Shown piece by piece: positions 9,922-18,733 of a stretch of 64,000 nucleotides of DNA; position 1 is the stretch's first letter; every line of letters starts with the position of its first letter. The notes under the pieces are model-generated. The model was not told the origin of the DNA, ran no database searches, and was given only the letters and a program-made list of their open reading frames with translations. Source of the DNA: an uncultured Planctomycetales bacterium. GTDB taxonomy: Bacteria; Omnitrophota; Gorgyraeia; Zapsychrales; JAHFFX01. Both the position numbers and the translations under genes were made by a program. Location of the stretch: contig CAZTCI010000001.1 in NCBI GenBank assembly GCA_964612665.1, forward strand, positions 712,624-776,623, in the 5' to 3' direction.

Positions 9922-10806
9922 CTATTGTTTAGTCAGCTGGGCGAGAGGATTATTTTCAACGAAATCGAGGAATATTGGGCCCGCCACCAAGATACCTACA
10001 ACTGGGAAGATAAAAAACAAAAGTGGGACAAGCATTTTAAGAGGCGCTTTCATGGCCAACTGTTCCCCACGGCGAAAACGGGCTAGCCGCATGTCTTCCG
10101 ATAAAATATTTAAAGCTTCAGCGACCGAGGTTCCCATCTTGTCCGCCTGGATTAACGTTCTGGCCAGCGTTGAAAGATCCGGGAGGTCATACTTTACCGC
10201 CAAATCTTTAATGGCATCACGCCGCGCTTTACCGAGATTAATTTCTTGCATGACAGTATTAAACTCGCGAATAATAACAGATGGCGGCGATTTTTCAACA
10301 ACCCATTTCATTGCCAACATAAAGTCCAGCCCGGCATTAACACAAAGGCGGAGCAAATCAATCGCATCAGGCAATTCTTTTATAATGGCGCTTTTAATCT
10401 TTTTAATTTTACCTTTGAGCCAAAACTCCGGAGCCATATATGCGATTCCGAAACAGCAGGCCAGCCAAATAATAAACATCTGCGGACTTACCATATTAAA
10501 GGTCAGAATAATAAAAAAAACAAAAACCAATTCCTTGACCAAAAAATATTCTTCAGGCGTCATGTTGACATGAGCGATTTCCAAATCTTTCAGCATTCTG
10601 ACCCGAACCGGCCCCATTGTAAAAGGCTTATTAATAAGGGCGAGCTTTCTAATAAAAGAAAGAATCGATCTTTTTCTTTTTAAAGCCCCGACCTCAAAGC
10701 CCGTAAACCCCTGCAACCGCGGCCGGCTTTCCCACTCTATCGGCGAGACGCCCAGTATAAAACTAAACACCGAGATAAATACCATCATAGAAAAAACTGT
10801 AATCAT
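9922..10806 (-). CDS. tadC: Flp pilus assembly inner-membrane platform protein, TadC/TadB family (T2SS F domain)
   Basis: 294 aa, multiple TM segments; GspF/TadB-C-like cytoplasmic domain (…AIIKELPDAIDLLRLCVNAGLDF…); adjacent to second T2SSF paralog. Confidence 0.75.
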   Translation of the reverse strand: MITVFSMMVFISVFSFILGVSPIEWESRPRLQGFTGFEVGALKRKRSILSFIRKLALINKPFTMGPVRVRMLKDLEIAHVNMTPEEYFLVKELVFVFFIILTFNMVSPQMFIIWLACCFGIAYMAPEFWLKGKIKKIKSAIIKELPDAIDLLRLCVNAGLDFMLAMKWVVEKSPPSVIIREFNTVMQEINLGKARRDAIKDLAVKYDLPDLSTLARTLIQADKMGTSVAEALNILSEDMRLARFRRGEQLAMKAPLKMLVPLLFFIFPVVGILVAGPIFLDFVENNPLAQLTKQ

Positions 10807-10818
10807 ATTTTCCTCACT

Positions 10819-11682
10819 TTAAAAATTCTTAAAGGTGCTGATCTTCCAAATAAAAAAAGCACCGATGATTTCTGAAAAAAAGGAATAAATCAACATCGCC
10901 CGGCCCAAAGACGACTTCATCATATGGATTAAAAAATCCGGTTTTGTCGACTGAACAATAATAAGAAATCCTATCGGCAAACAGGACATGACAATGCCTT
11001 GAATTTTTCCCTGCAATGTCAATGTATCGATATTTTGCTGGATTTTTTTATTTTCGCGAATGGTGTTTACGATGCGCGTAAAAATTGCCGGCAGATTGCC
11101 TCCCGTTTCGCGCGCCAAAAGAATCGCCGTAATGGTTTGCTGAAGTGCCGGCGAAGGCATTCTTTTATATAAATGATTGAATGCCTCGTCGAGAGCCACT
11201 CCCATTTTATTTTCACTTAAAACCATGCCGAATTCCTGATCAATCGGCTCCGGCATTTCCTCGACGACCGCTTCCATCGCTTGAACCAAACTCAATCCAC
11301 CTCGAAACGAACTCGACATAATCATGAGTGCGTCGACCAGTTGATTGGCAAATTTTTCTTTTCGTTTGCTGATCAGCATTTTGGCATAAAAACCGGGCAA
11401 TATAAAACCAATCATAAAAAGAGCAATGACACCTATGAGCCGGATAGCCGGTGGAAAAACTATAAAACCGATAATGGCCCCAATGACAGGCGCCAACAAT
11501 GAAGCGCCCGTCATTTTTTTGGAATCGGGTTTCATTAACATCCGTTCCATCTTAGTCGCAAATGTAGGGGCTGCGCGCCTTTCACCAATCACAACAGCAC
11601 GATTCGCAAAAAGGGGCATGGCCGTATAGCCCAAAATAAATACTGAAAGGAATATAAAAAAGAGGAGTATTGGAATGGCCAT
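10819..11682 (-). CDS. tadB: Flp pilus assembly inner-membrane platform protein, TadB/TadC family (T2SS F domain)
   Basis: 287 aa; TM helices plus T2SSF-like domain (…FANQLVDALMIMSSSFRGGLSLVQAME…). Confidence 0.75.
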   Translation of the reverse strand: MAIPILLFFIFLSVFILGYTAMPLFANRAVVIGERRAAPTFATKMERMLMKPDSKKMTGASLLAPVIGAIIGFIVFPPAIRLIGVIALFMIGFILPGFYAKMLISKRKEKFANQLVDALMIMSSSFRGGLSLVQAMEAVVEEMPEPIDQEFGMVLSENKMGVALDEAFNHLYKRMPSPALQQTITAILLARETGGNLPAIFTRIVNTIRENKKIQQNIDTLTLQGKIQGIVMSCLPIGFLIIVQSTKPDFLIHMMKSSLGRAMLIYSFFSEIIGAFFIWKISTFKNF

Positions 11683-11727
11683 AAATTTTTCTCTCGTCTT
11701 ACTTCGTTAATTGCTCACTAAACACGC

Positions 11728-12048
11728 TCAATTATCGCACTCACTCCGACGACAACCGCTAATGCTGCTTTTGATACAACCTACATTCGATAATGAAATA
11801 CAATTAAAGTTGTCTGCGCACTTTGAATCGTACCAGACGTTAAAAAATTGCGGATCGAATTTACATTCGATTGTTTGTTTAGGATCATATTGCCGGCCCG
11901 AACCAAAAGCATCACCCACAGACCGCCAGTGTCCGGCGATTCCCCGGAAAATATATTTCTGAAAAAAAATCAAAGCGCCAATGACAAAAAGAAGCATTAC
12001 TATGTACTCCATGGTAGAAACGGCTTTGTTGTTGGAATATTTTTTCAT
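11728..12048 (-). CDS. Flp-type pilin-like protein with Cys-rich C-terminal extension
   Basis: KAVSTMEYIVMLLFVIGALIF matches the class III/Flp leader (A/G-XXXX-EY then hydrophobic helix). It shares the RGIxGxWRS..D..G.QYDP motif with the other pilin paralogs; C-terminus has 8 Cys. Confidence 0.6.
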   Translation of the reverse strand: MKKYSNNKAVSTMEYIVMLLFVIGALIFFQKYIFRGIAGHWRSVGDAFGSGRQYDPKQTIECKFDPQFFNVWYDSKCADNFNCISLSNVGCIKSSISGCRRSECDN

Positions 12049-12084
12049 ATAAAGTGCGTTCTAAAACTAACTAAAATTTAATTG

Positions 12085-12347
12085 CAAATCTCAAATGTCA
12101 AAATCCAAATCAATTCCAAATTTTTTAATCCCAAACTGCTCTGACTTCTTTGTATTTCGGATAATACTACTTAAAATCAACAACAACTCTGTACTTTCAA
12201 TGATTAACCAAACCAACTCATTCTTATGTAATTCTTCCTTTCGGCAAAATTAAAGGCCCTATCATAGATGTTGAATTTTCTATTGCTTGACATTGGAAAT
12301 TTAATGATTTATTTGTCATTTGACATTTGGTTTTTGTCATTAATTAA
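12085..12347. repeat. intergenic repeat element copy 1 (26-mer caaatctcaaatgtcaaaatccaaat ... 27-mer tgacatttggtttttgtcattaattaa, with ~180-bp insert between); putative promoter/operator
   Basis: Exact 26-mer at 12085-12110 and 27-mer at 12321-12347 are both repeated at 17655-17680 and 17710-17736. TGACA-N10-TGTCA inverted half-sites. Lies just upstream of the pilin gene 11728..12048. Confidence 0.7.
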
Positions 12348-14797
12348 AACGGCGCATAATCACAGCTCACAAATTTTAAACTAAACCCGCGCTGAGTCCG
12401 GTCAGGACCTGAACCACCTGAACCATTGTGAAAGAAATATTCCGCGCACGTACGGCTCATAACCCCGTGCTCAAGGATGGCATTAACATAATCCCAACAC
12501 GCCGGGGAATCAGTGCGGCGGTTAATCATAAAAGCCTCAGGTGCTTCTTTACTGATGACATCTTTACATACAACATCCAGAGTATTTGGGCTAGGAATAG
12601 ATGATGTAACGGACGGATGTCTAAATTTATACCGCCACACATCCAGCCCCGTCGGTAATTTAATGGTTGTGTCTTTATCTTCGTCCCAGCGGATGACTTG
12701 GGATTTAACAGTTGCGCCAAGGAAACACTTCCGGGCGTTCGAATAATCGTCGGAAGAATCACAACCCCCATAAAGATGAAAGGCATCGCCGAGAGAATAA
12801 CAGCGCATCAAACCCCACATCGTCGTATACGTTTTTATCTTGGCGAGTTTTGGTTCTTTTATTGTTAAGCTCGCGTTATCCGCTTGGTAACAACGGCCGT
12901 TACACCGTCCAGGAATACGTCCGTCAACCCGCACGATATGCCATTTGGCCGAAGATTTAGAAGGATTGGTCGCCGGCGTTTTCCAGGCATAAATGGCTTC
13001 ATTAGGTAAAGGAACCAAGGCCAAATCTTCAATGCGCAGACGTTCTTTACGCAACGCCTCGCCCGCGTTAATGATGTCCGTAAAATGCGACATCGCGCTC
13101 GTGAAGAAATCTCTTAGATATTTAACTTCATTCTCGCGGGCCGCGAGAAAATTCCGTCGGCGTTGAAGTTTTGCCTGCTGATTGACACTTTCATTACCGC
13201 TTTGTACAAGTTTAGGCTGCCAGAATGCGGCGTAATTATTGCCGTCTCCCGCCGCGACGCTTGATGTTCCTCCGACGACAGGATCGGTAAAAGTATTTAA
13301 GCAGCTTCCCTTAGCTAACTTCCAGGATGCCACCGCCGCATTATAAAGAGGATTCCCTGGTCCCCATGTGCCGCACACGCCGGCATTGATGGTATAGGCC
13401 GCGGAACATGTGGCTGTTAGTCCTGAAAGATTAAGAACATTAAGATCGCAGACAATCGATTCGGTTGGCGTAAAAGTTGTTGGTCCTCCGACGGGCGGCA
13501 AGGTTCCCTGACCGATGACCGTTCCAGAAGAGTTATAACATTTATAATCCAAAGAGTTGTCCGCATCTCCAGTACTGTTCCATGAAAAGGAAGTTGGCGA
13601 ATTCGCTGGTCCTTGGCCTGGAACAAACGTTGCCGTACACGACGGACACGGACCGCAATCCCCCGGACAGTTTTTACATGTTTCCGTAAATTGCGACCAT
13701 CCTGTCTTTTCGCAGACACCGTTACCGCAAACAGGGCACGCTCCGCAATCTTGGGCACAGGTTGAACAGTCTTCATTGGCGTCGCATGTACCGTTGCCGC
13801 AGTAAGGACATCCTGCCGGATCAGCCACGCATTGTGTCATTACGTCACAAGCGTTTGGACAGCTTCTTGTTTGCAACCGTGTTCCCAGCGGACAGCCGCC
13901 TGTGCTACAAACAGGATCGCTCACCCACGACGAGCAAATACAACAATCTGGATTATCGAGAAGGCATTGTGTTGTTGCCGAACAATTATAGGTGCAGCTT
14001 CTCGTCTGGTACATATAGTTCCCAAGACAGCCCCCAGCACCGCAGCCGGCATTAGCGAAAGCGGTGCAGGAATCACCCAAACACTGCAATTGCGTCTGGC
14101 AGTTGGCAGGAATACAAGTCCGCGTCTGGCTCATTTGATCAGCAGGACAACCATTGCCGCAGCCACTATTAGCAAAATTACTACAATCGCAGGGAGGATT
14201 AATATTGGCGTAAATTCCGGTATACACATTATTGTAATTAGGACCATTATTAGTGAGCGTTAATCCGATTAATACCGTTATGCCTCCAGTCCCTCCCATG
14301 GACCATCCGTTAATTAGGGGAGCGCACTCAATTATCCATCCGCTTGTTAAACAGCCGGTATCAGTTTTTGATTGTACCCCCGTCGCTATCTGCCCGGCAG
14401 GACACGTAAGGTTGATATAACTAGAACCGGTGGGGCTCATACAGCGATTACAATTCGGTTGATTACCATTAGGAACAGCCACAAACTGGCTACCGCCACC
14501 ACACGTACCTGAGCTGGCGCCTATTCCGACGATACCATTAAAAGCGGTAACAATAGGTGTGCACGGGGCAACTATGTTGTCTGCTCTATTATCGCTACTA
14601 AAGGAGGTTATGGCTTGGTTCACTGGACACGACGAGGAAGAGTCAGCAAAAGCTTTCGAGACAGAAAGCATTAAACAAAGGGAGAAAATACTTCCAACAC
14701 TAAATAAAATCTTCGCCGAGAAAGACCGCATCAGCCCAAATTGTTTATTTCTTTTGAAATGAAACATATGTCCTTTATAAATTTTGATAAGCTTCAC
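12344..14797 (-). CDS. secreted cysteine-rich protein (817 aa) with tandem ~40-aa Cys modules; putative pilus-associated adhesin/tip protein
   Basis: N-terminal signal peptide (…SLCLMLSVSKAFA). Three tandem modules GCGxGxC…QTRxC…NC…TQC, then CGNGxC-type repeats. No recognisable enzyme motifs. Confidence 0.55.
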   Translation of the reverse strand: MKLIKIYKGHMFHFKRNKQFGLMRSFSAKILFSVGSIFSLCLMLSVSKAFADSSSSCPVNQAITSFSSDNRADNIVAPCTPIVTAFNGIVGIGASSGTCGGGSQFVAVPNGNQPNCNRCMSPTGSSYINLTCPAGQIATGVQSKTDTGCLTSGWIIECAPLINGWSMGGTGGITVLIGLTLTNNGPNYNNVYTGIYANINPPCDCSNFANSGCGNGCPADQMSQTRTCIPANCQTQLQCLGDSCTAFANAGCGAGGCLGNYMYQTRSCTYNCSATTQCLLDNPDCCICSSWVSDPVCSTGGCPLGTRLQTRSCPNACDVMTQCVADPAGCPYCGNGTCDANEDCSTCAQDCGACPVCGNGVCEKTGWSQFTETCKNCPGDCGPCPSCTATFVPGQGPANSPTSFSWNSTGDADNSLDYKCYNSSGTVIGQGTLPPVGGPTTFTPTESIVCDLNVLNLSGLTATCSAAYTINAGVCGTWGPGNPLYNAAVASWKLAKGSCLNTFTDPVVGGTSSVAAGDGNNYAAFWQPKLVQSGNESVNQQAKLQRRRNFLAARENEVKYLRDFFTSAMSHFTDIINAGEALRKERLRIEDLALVPLPNEAIYAWKTPATNPSKSSAKWHIVRVDGRIPGRCNGRCYQADNASLTIKEPKLAKIKTYTTMWGLMRCYSLGDAFHLYGGCDSSDDYSNARKCFLGATVKSQVIRWDEDKDTTIKLPTGLDVWRYKFRHPSVTSSIPSPNTLDVVCKDVISKEAPEAFMINRRTDSPACWDYVNAILEHGVMSRTCAEYFFHNGSGGSGPDRTQRGFSLKFVSCDYAPF

Positions 14798-14825
14798 GTC
14801 TTCAATTTTCTCGAAACGCTAACCC

Positions 14826-17657
14826 TCAAAACGTCTGCACAATATTGACCTGACAACTTGAACCGCCCAATCCATTTGACACGATAATCGTTTTAATTCC
14901 AGGAGTGGAATACGTCGTCGTAAAAGTAGCCGTCCCGGTCCCGCTTACCGGAGAAGCACCTCCGGCTGCATACCATTTATTAAAGGCCGGACCAAGACCT
15001 CCAGCCGCGGATACAGTCACGGTCACTGGACCGTTAAAAGCAAATGCTTGTGTCGCGGGCGAACACACAACGCCAGAACCACCCGGATTAATAACGCCCT
15101 GCGTCGGATAACATCCAACAAGTGGTCCACTTGGTCCCTGCCATGGCGTCGGACAGGTCGGTAAACTCGAACACTTTGTACAATCTCTTAAGCAAGCATC
15201 AAATGCACCAACATCCGGATCCCGGGGCACAACGAAATAATTTGTATCAAAAGGTGAAACCGGATCATTGATTAAAAGCGAGCGTGGCAGATCCGCACAG
15301 TTGCTCTCCCTGCATTTATCTGTAGCCGTACCAATTTGTCCGACGTCGGCAGATGCCGTACCGCATATGCCAAATTTAGGAAGGTTGGTTATGTTGTAAT
15401 CTAAACAGGCAAGAATATTATCTAAAGTTCCCGTGCCCATGACTGCTGATTCCGGTGCTTTCATACCCGCACACATTCCCGGCGGAGTTCCAACGTTTCG
15501 GGTCGGCCAGGTTGTTTGAATGCCGACTGTATTATTAGGAATGCACAACGCTTGATTACAATCCGTTCCTTTAAAAGTAAGGGTCAACCAATAATTCAAT
15601 TTGTCGATCCAGGCTTGATGCTGATCGCGCCAAACAAGCATCTGGCCATTTTGATCGTTATAGAATTGATCAACGTTGCCTTGGGCAACGAGAAACTGCG
15701 CCGCGGTCGGATACCATTCTCTAAATGTGGTACGCAGCGTCATCATGTCCATATTGATTAACTGCGTGGCAAATTTTATAAAATCTTCTACCCCGTAAAC
15801 AAAATCATCAAACGGATCGTCCGGCCACATAGACGGCGGACCCGCTCCCAGCTGGCCGCACATACAGGGCCCTCGTGTTCCGTCGGGAAACGTGCAAGTT
15901 GTTCCGTATTTGGCGCAGGTCGCGGCGTAAGGCCACACGGTCGAACAATAGCGGTCAGCGCCTCGTTTCCATTTTCCGTTAGTAAACGGCGCCACATAAT
16001 CCTGGCCGCAGGTTGTTGCATATTGCATGGGCGCAACGAGAAGATCTTTTGTCGGGTCAGGTAAATTATAAAGAGATTTGACCATGTCTGGCCGCAGAAT
16101 TTTCTTGGAAGTGTCAACGGGGTTGGTGTTATCAAAGATACAGGGGCCTCCATTATATAATCCCGGCGCTGTAGGAAGCGTAAACTGAGGCGCAATTTCA
16201 ACCGCCAATGAACCTGGTAAAGTTAATATCGGATTAATGTTTCCGCATCGAGGATGGGACGGGTCGCAGATATTACATTCATACCGCCGATTTTTATCCG
16301 TCGAATCGAGCAAGAGACCACCTAAGTCCATTCCCCAATCCAATAGTTTATAAAAAATCGGATAAACATACTTCACCTCGCCGGGGGCAGCGAGATCACG
16401 CGTATCATCAAAACGAAACAGCGGTTGCTCCGGATCACTGCTTTGCGCCGCCGAATACATCTTAGAAGGCACATACATATTACGCGCAGGCTGCATTCGG
16501 AAATATTGATTCTCGTCGTCCTTGCCAAAAAGTTCAAGATATGAAAATCTGTTGTTAGAACTGTCTTCAAAAACAGAATTATAAACGTAAGGATAAGAAG
16601 AGCCATAGGGGGACGTCGCCGCACAATGGGCGGCGCCTGAATAGCCGCAGCGGACGGTAGGGTCTGGATCGTCGCAGCATTCTGGCACTGTAGAAAACGC
16701 AAGGCAGGAGCTCGAACTGGCGCAGCCCGTCGTCGGGTCAGGATCATCACAACACGCCGGGCGGCGCGGATCGATTTGGTTTTTATCAACACAACAGGGA
16801 TTACATTCCGCCGGCGGATCATTACTGCAACAAACATGCGCCGGATTTAAACTACAATCAACCGGGTCCCAAAGAAAATTAAGATAACCTTTAAGTGCAT
16901 CAATAAATGCTTGGATCGCGGCCTCGTCGGGTAATGACTGCTGCATCGATTCAAGCCGCTTAGTATAATAAAATCCAAACCGGCTGACCTGGTCGCCGCC
17001 GTTAACTTTGGTTCCAGAAGCAGTAACATAAGCACCATCTAAATCCATGTCGTGAAGATCGTCAATTTGTCCGGGATCTGTGACAACATTTTGTAAAGCG
17101 GCTAAGATTCCCCGCTCCAAAAATCCATCGGTTTTGGGCATGTTTGCGAACATTTTATTCCAAATTGAAGTTAAGCCTGGCTGGACAACTGTTATTTGCA
17201 AAGCCAATGCGGCTGTGGCGACGGCAAGAGCAAGAACGGCGAGCGTTTGAGACATTATAGCAATTAATTCATATTGCTGAAGAACCACAATAACAGCTAT
17301 TGCAACTACAATAATTAATATTTGCAAGACTCCGGTAAACCCACAGATCGTCAAATCACTTCCCGCGCCTTTTTCTCCGCCGAGCTGAGTTTGATAAAGT
17401 TGTTCCGTGTAACTGGCATAACTGGATGCCATCAATGCGGCGCTGGCGTTAGAAGCGACGGCTGTCAGAGTTTTTAATTCAGCGGATTTTCCAAAATTGA
17501 GAGATATCGCAAAAAAGATAATGCTGATGGCGGAGAGAAGAATCAAAATGAGGGCGACTTGGCCGTTGTTCTGCGAAGTCGAACGCGTGGATTTTCGAGA
17601 ATGAATTAATTTTTTAAGGAACCTAAGCACTCTAGATCCTCGAGAGGTTAATGACAA
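14826..17657 (-). CDS. membrane-anchored cysteine-rich protein (943 aa) with pseudopilin-like N-terminal hydrophobic segment and CCDDPDPT repeats
   Basis: Track ORF starts at a TTG inside the repeat element, so the true start is probably downstream. N-term …NNGQVALILILLSAISIIFFAISL, a second TM, then Cys-rich ectodomain. 28 bp upstream of the 817-aa gene, so probably co-transcribed. Confidence 0.5.
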   Translation of the reverse strand: MSLTSRGSRVLRFLKKLIHSRKSTRSTSQNNGQVALILILLSAISIIFFAISLNFGKSAELKTLTAVASNASAALMASSYASYTEQLYQTQLGGEKGAGSDLTICGFTGVLQILIIVVAIAVIVVLQQYELIAIMSQTLAVLALAVATAALALQITVVQPGLTSIWNKMFANMPKTDGFLERGILAALQNVVTDPGQIDDLHDMDLDGAYVTASGTKVNGGDQVSRFGFYYTKRLESMQQSLPDEAAIQAFIDALKGYLNFLWDPVDCSLNPAHVCCSNDPPAECNPCCVDKNQIDPRRPACCDDPDPTTGCASSSSCLAFSTVPECCDDPDPTVRCGYSGAAHCAATSPYGSSYPYVYNSVFEDSSNNRFSYLELFGKDDENQYFRMQPARNMYVPSKMYSAAQSSDPEQPLFRFDDTRDLAAPGEVKYVYPIFYKLLDWGMDLGGLLLDSTDKNRRYECNICDPSHPRCGNINPILTLPGSLAVEIAPQFTLPTAPGLYNGGPCIFDNTNPVDTSKKILRPDMVKSLYNLPDPTKDLLVAPMQYATTCGQDYVAPFTNGKWKRGADRYCSTVWPYAATCAKYGTTCTFPDGTRGPCMCGQLGAGPPSMWPDDPFDDFVYGVEDFIKFATQLINMDMMTLRTTFREWYPTAAQFLVAQGNVDQFYNDQNGQMLVWRDQHQAWIDKLNYWLTLTFKGTDCNQALCIPNNTVGIQTTWPTRNVGTPPGMCAGMKAPESAVMGTGTLDNILACLDYNITNLPKFGICGTASADVGQIGTATDKCRESNCADLPRSLLINDPVSPFDTNYFVVPRDPDVGAFDACLRDCTKCSSLPTCPTPWQGPSGPLVGCYPTQGVINPGGSGVVCSPATQAFAFNGPVTVTVSAAGGLGPAFNKWYAAGGASPVSGTGTATFTTTYSTPGIKTIIVSNGLGGSSCQVNIVQTF

Positions 17658-17736
17658 ATCTCAAATGTCAAAATCCAAATGAATTTCAAATGTTTTAATT
17701 TCCAAACCTTGACATTTGGTTTTTGTCATTAATTAA
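17652..17736. repeat. intergenic repeat element copy 2 (compact form, same 26-mer and 27-mer as copy 1)
   Basis: 17655-17680 and 17710-17736 identical to copy 1 motifs; immediately upstream of/overlapping annotated start of the 943-aa gene. Confidence 0.7.
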
Positions 17737-17848
17737 CGCTGTGTGCAAGTTTCTCTTTATCCGTTTGGGGATTTCAGCCTAAATTAGCCAAGTCGCGAGA
17801 AAATGAAGCTAATTCCCTATGTAGAAAAAAACTTGCACATCGCGTTAA

Positions 17849-18118
17849 TTACCAATTATTAAACACCAAATTCATCTTTGTGCCCCGATAAAAATCGCCG
17901 TCTAACTGATTGATCGGGCTGTTTGTATCTAAGCCTTGCCAGCTCTCCGAAACAGGCTTAATCAAAGACTTCTCATGCGCATCCCGACGGTAAACAAGGT
18001 CCAGCGCTGACCATCGAAAAGCCTTAAGGCAGGCATAGCCGAGCAATAAAGCAATGATGATGCAAAATGTAAATTCGAGAGTCACCTGCGCTTTTTCTTT
18101 GAACATCTTGTTGTCCAT
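17849..18118 (-). CDS. TadE-like pseudopilin (about 90 aa)
   Basis: Internal Met gives MDNKMFKEKAQVTLEFTFCIIIALLLGYA (A/QVTLEF + hydrophobic helix). Track ORF 17849..18235 has an implausible upstream extension overlapping the next gene. Confidence 0.5.
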   Translation of the reverse strand: MDNKMFKEKAQVTLEFTFCIIIALLLGYACLKAFRWSALDLVYRRDAHEKSLIKPVSESWQGLDTNSPINQLDGDFYRGTKMNLVFNNW

Positions 18119-18149
18119 TCTTCGGTTAAGGTGAAGAGGCCCGTTTCGG

Positions 18150-18662
18150 TTAACGGTAACGGTTATCGGTTTTTTCAAAATTACTCCATGCCTCAGCCAA
18201 TTTATAAATCTGGCGACCAGATTTATCGTAAGCATCTATCAATTCATCGCAAAGTTTTATATCTACATTCTGTGGATAAATATCTCTACTTTGACTCAAA
18301 CTTACAATCATTTCATTAGATTCAGCCATTGCATCATCGAGATATTTTTGAAAGCCAGCTTTTTGATGCCGCTTTGCATATCCTTCAGCTATTAACCGCG
18401 GAATTGCTTTGGAAGCTCGGCGGAGCTGATCTATTATTGGCCTTTTCCTTTCCAAAGAAAGGTTGTTCTTTTCGTCATCGAAGAGAAAAGGCCTAATATT
18501 GAGTTTTGTTGCATCCTTTGGATTTACAAAACTCAATAAATCATCTTCTTCGCATTTTGGCAGACAGGGAAGAATCTTTTGCATAACAGTGGTCATTGAT
18601 TTATAACTATCTTGATAAACTGTTAAATCTCTAAAGCTGGTAATTCGCTTCTTTTCTTCCAT
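18150..18662 (-). CDS. four-helix-bundle protein (23S rRNA intervening-sequence protein / bAvd-like family)
   Basis: SFRDLTVYQDSYK … DQLRRASKAIPRLIAEGYAKRHQKAGFQKYLDDAMAESNEMIVSL matches the conserved QLrRAavSIpaNIAEGygR…F…A.GS..E core of this family. Confidence 0.65.
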   Translation of the reverse strand: MEEKKRITSFRDLTVYQDSYKSMTTVMQKILPCLPKCEEDDLLSFVNPKDATKLNIRPFLFDDEKNNLSLERKRPIIDQLRRASKAIPRLIAEGYAKRHQKAGFQKYLDDAMAESNEMIVSLSQSRDIYPQNVDIKLCDELIDAYDKSGRQIYKLAEAWSNFEKTDNRYR

Positions 18663-18733
18663 AAGTTGTCTCTCACGTTGCCTTAACCAAAAACCGAAAC
18701 CGGCTTCCTAACCTTAACCTAAAAATTCACAAA

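Noticed and set aside
9890-10573. 227-aa plus-strand ORF
   Set aside because: Entirely antisense to the well-supported tadC gene; low-complexity shadow ORF.
13417-14263. Several 80-143-aa ORFs on both strands inside 12344..14797
   Set aside because: Alternative-frame shadow ORFs within the 817-aa Cys-rich gene; no motifs, no RBS.
15788-16837. 137- and 154-aa minus-strand ORFs
   Set aside because: Out-of-frame ORFs nested in the 943-aa gene; Arg-rich translation typical of GC-biased shadow frames.
12085-17736. CRISPR array possibility for the repeated 26/27-mers
   Set aside because: Only two copies, 5.5 kb apart, with coding genes between and no spacer-repeat periodicity; no cas genes.
18150-18662. 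Complete diversity-generating retroelement
   Set aside because: Avd-like protein present but no reverse transcriptase or obvious template/variable repeat pair in the window; kept only as a low-probability lead.
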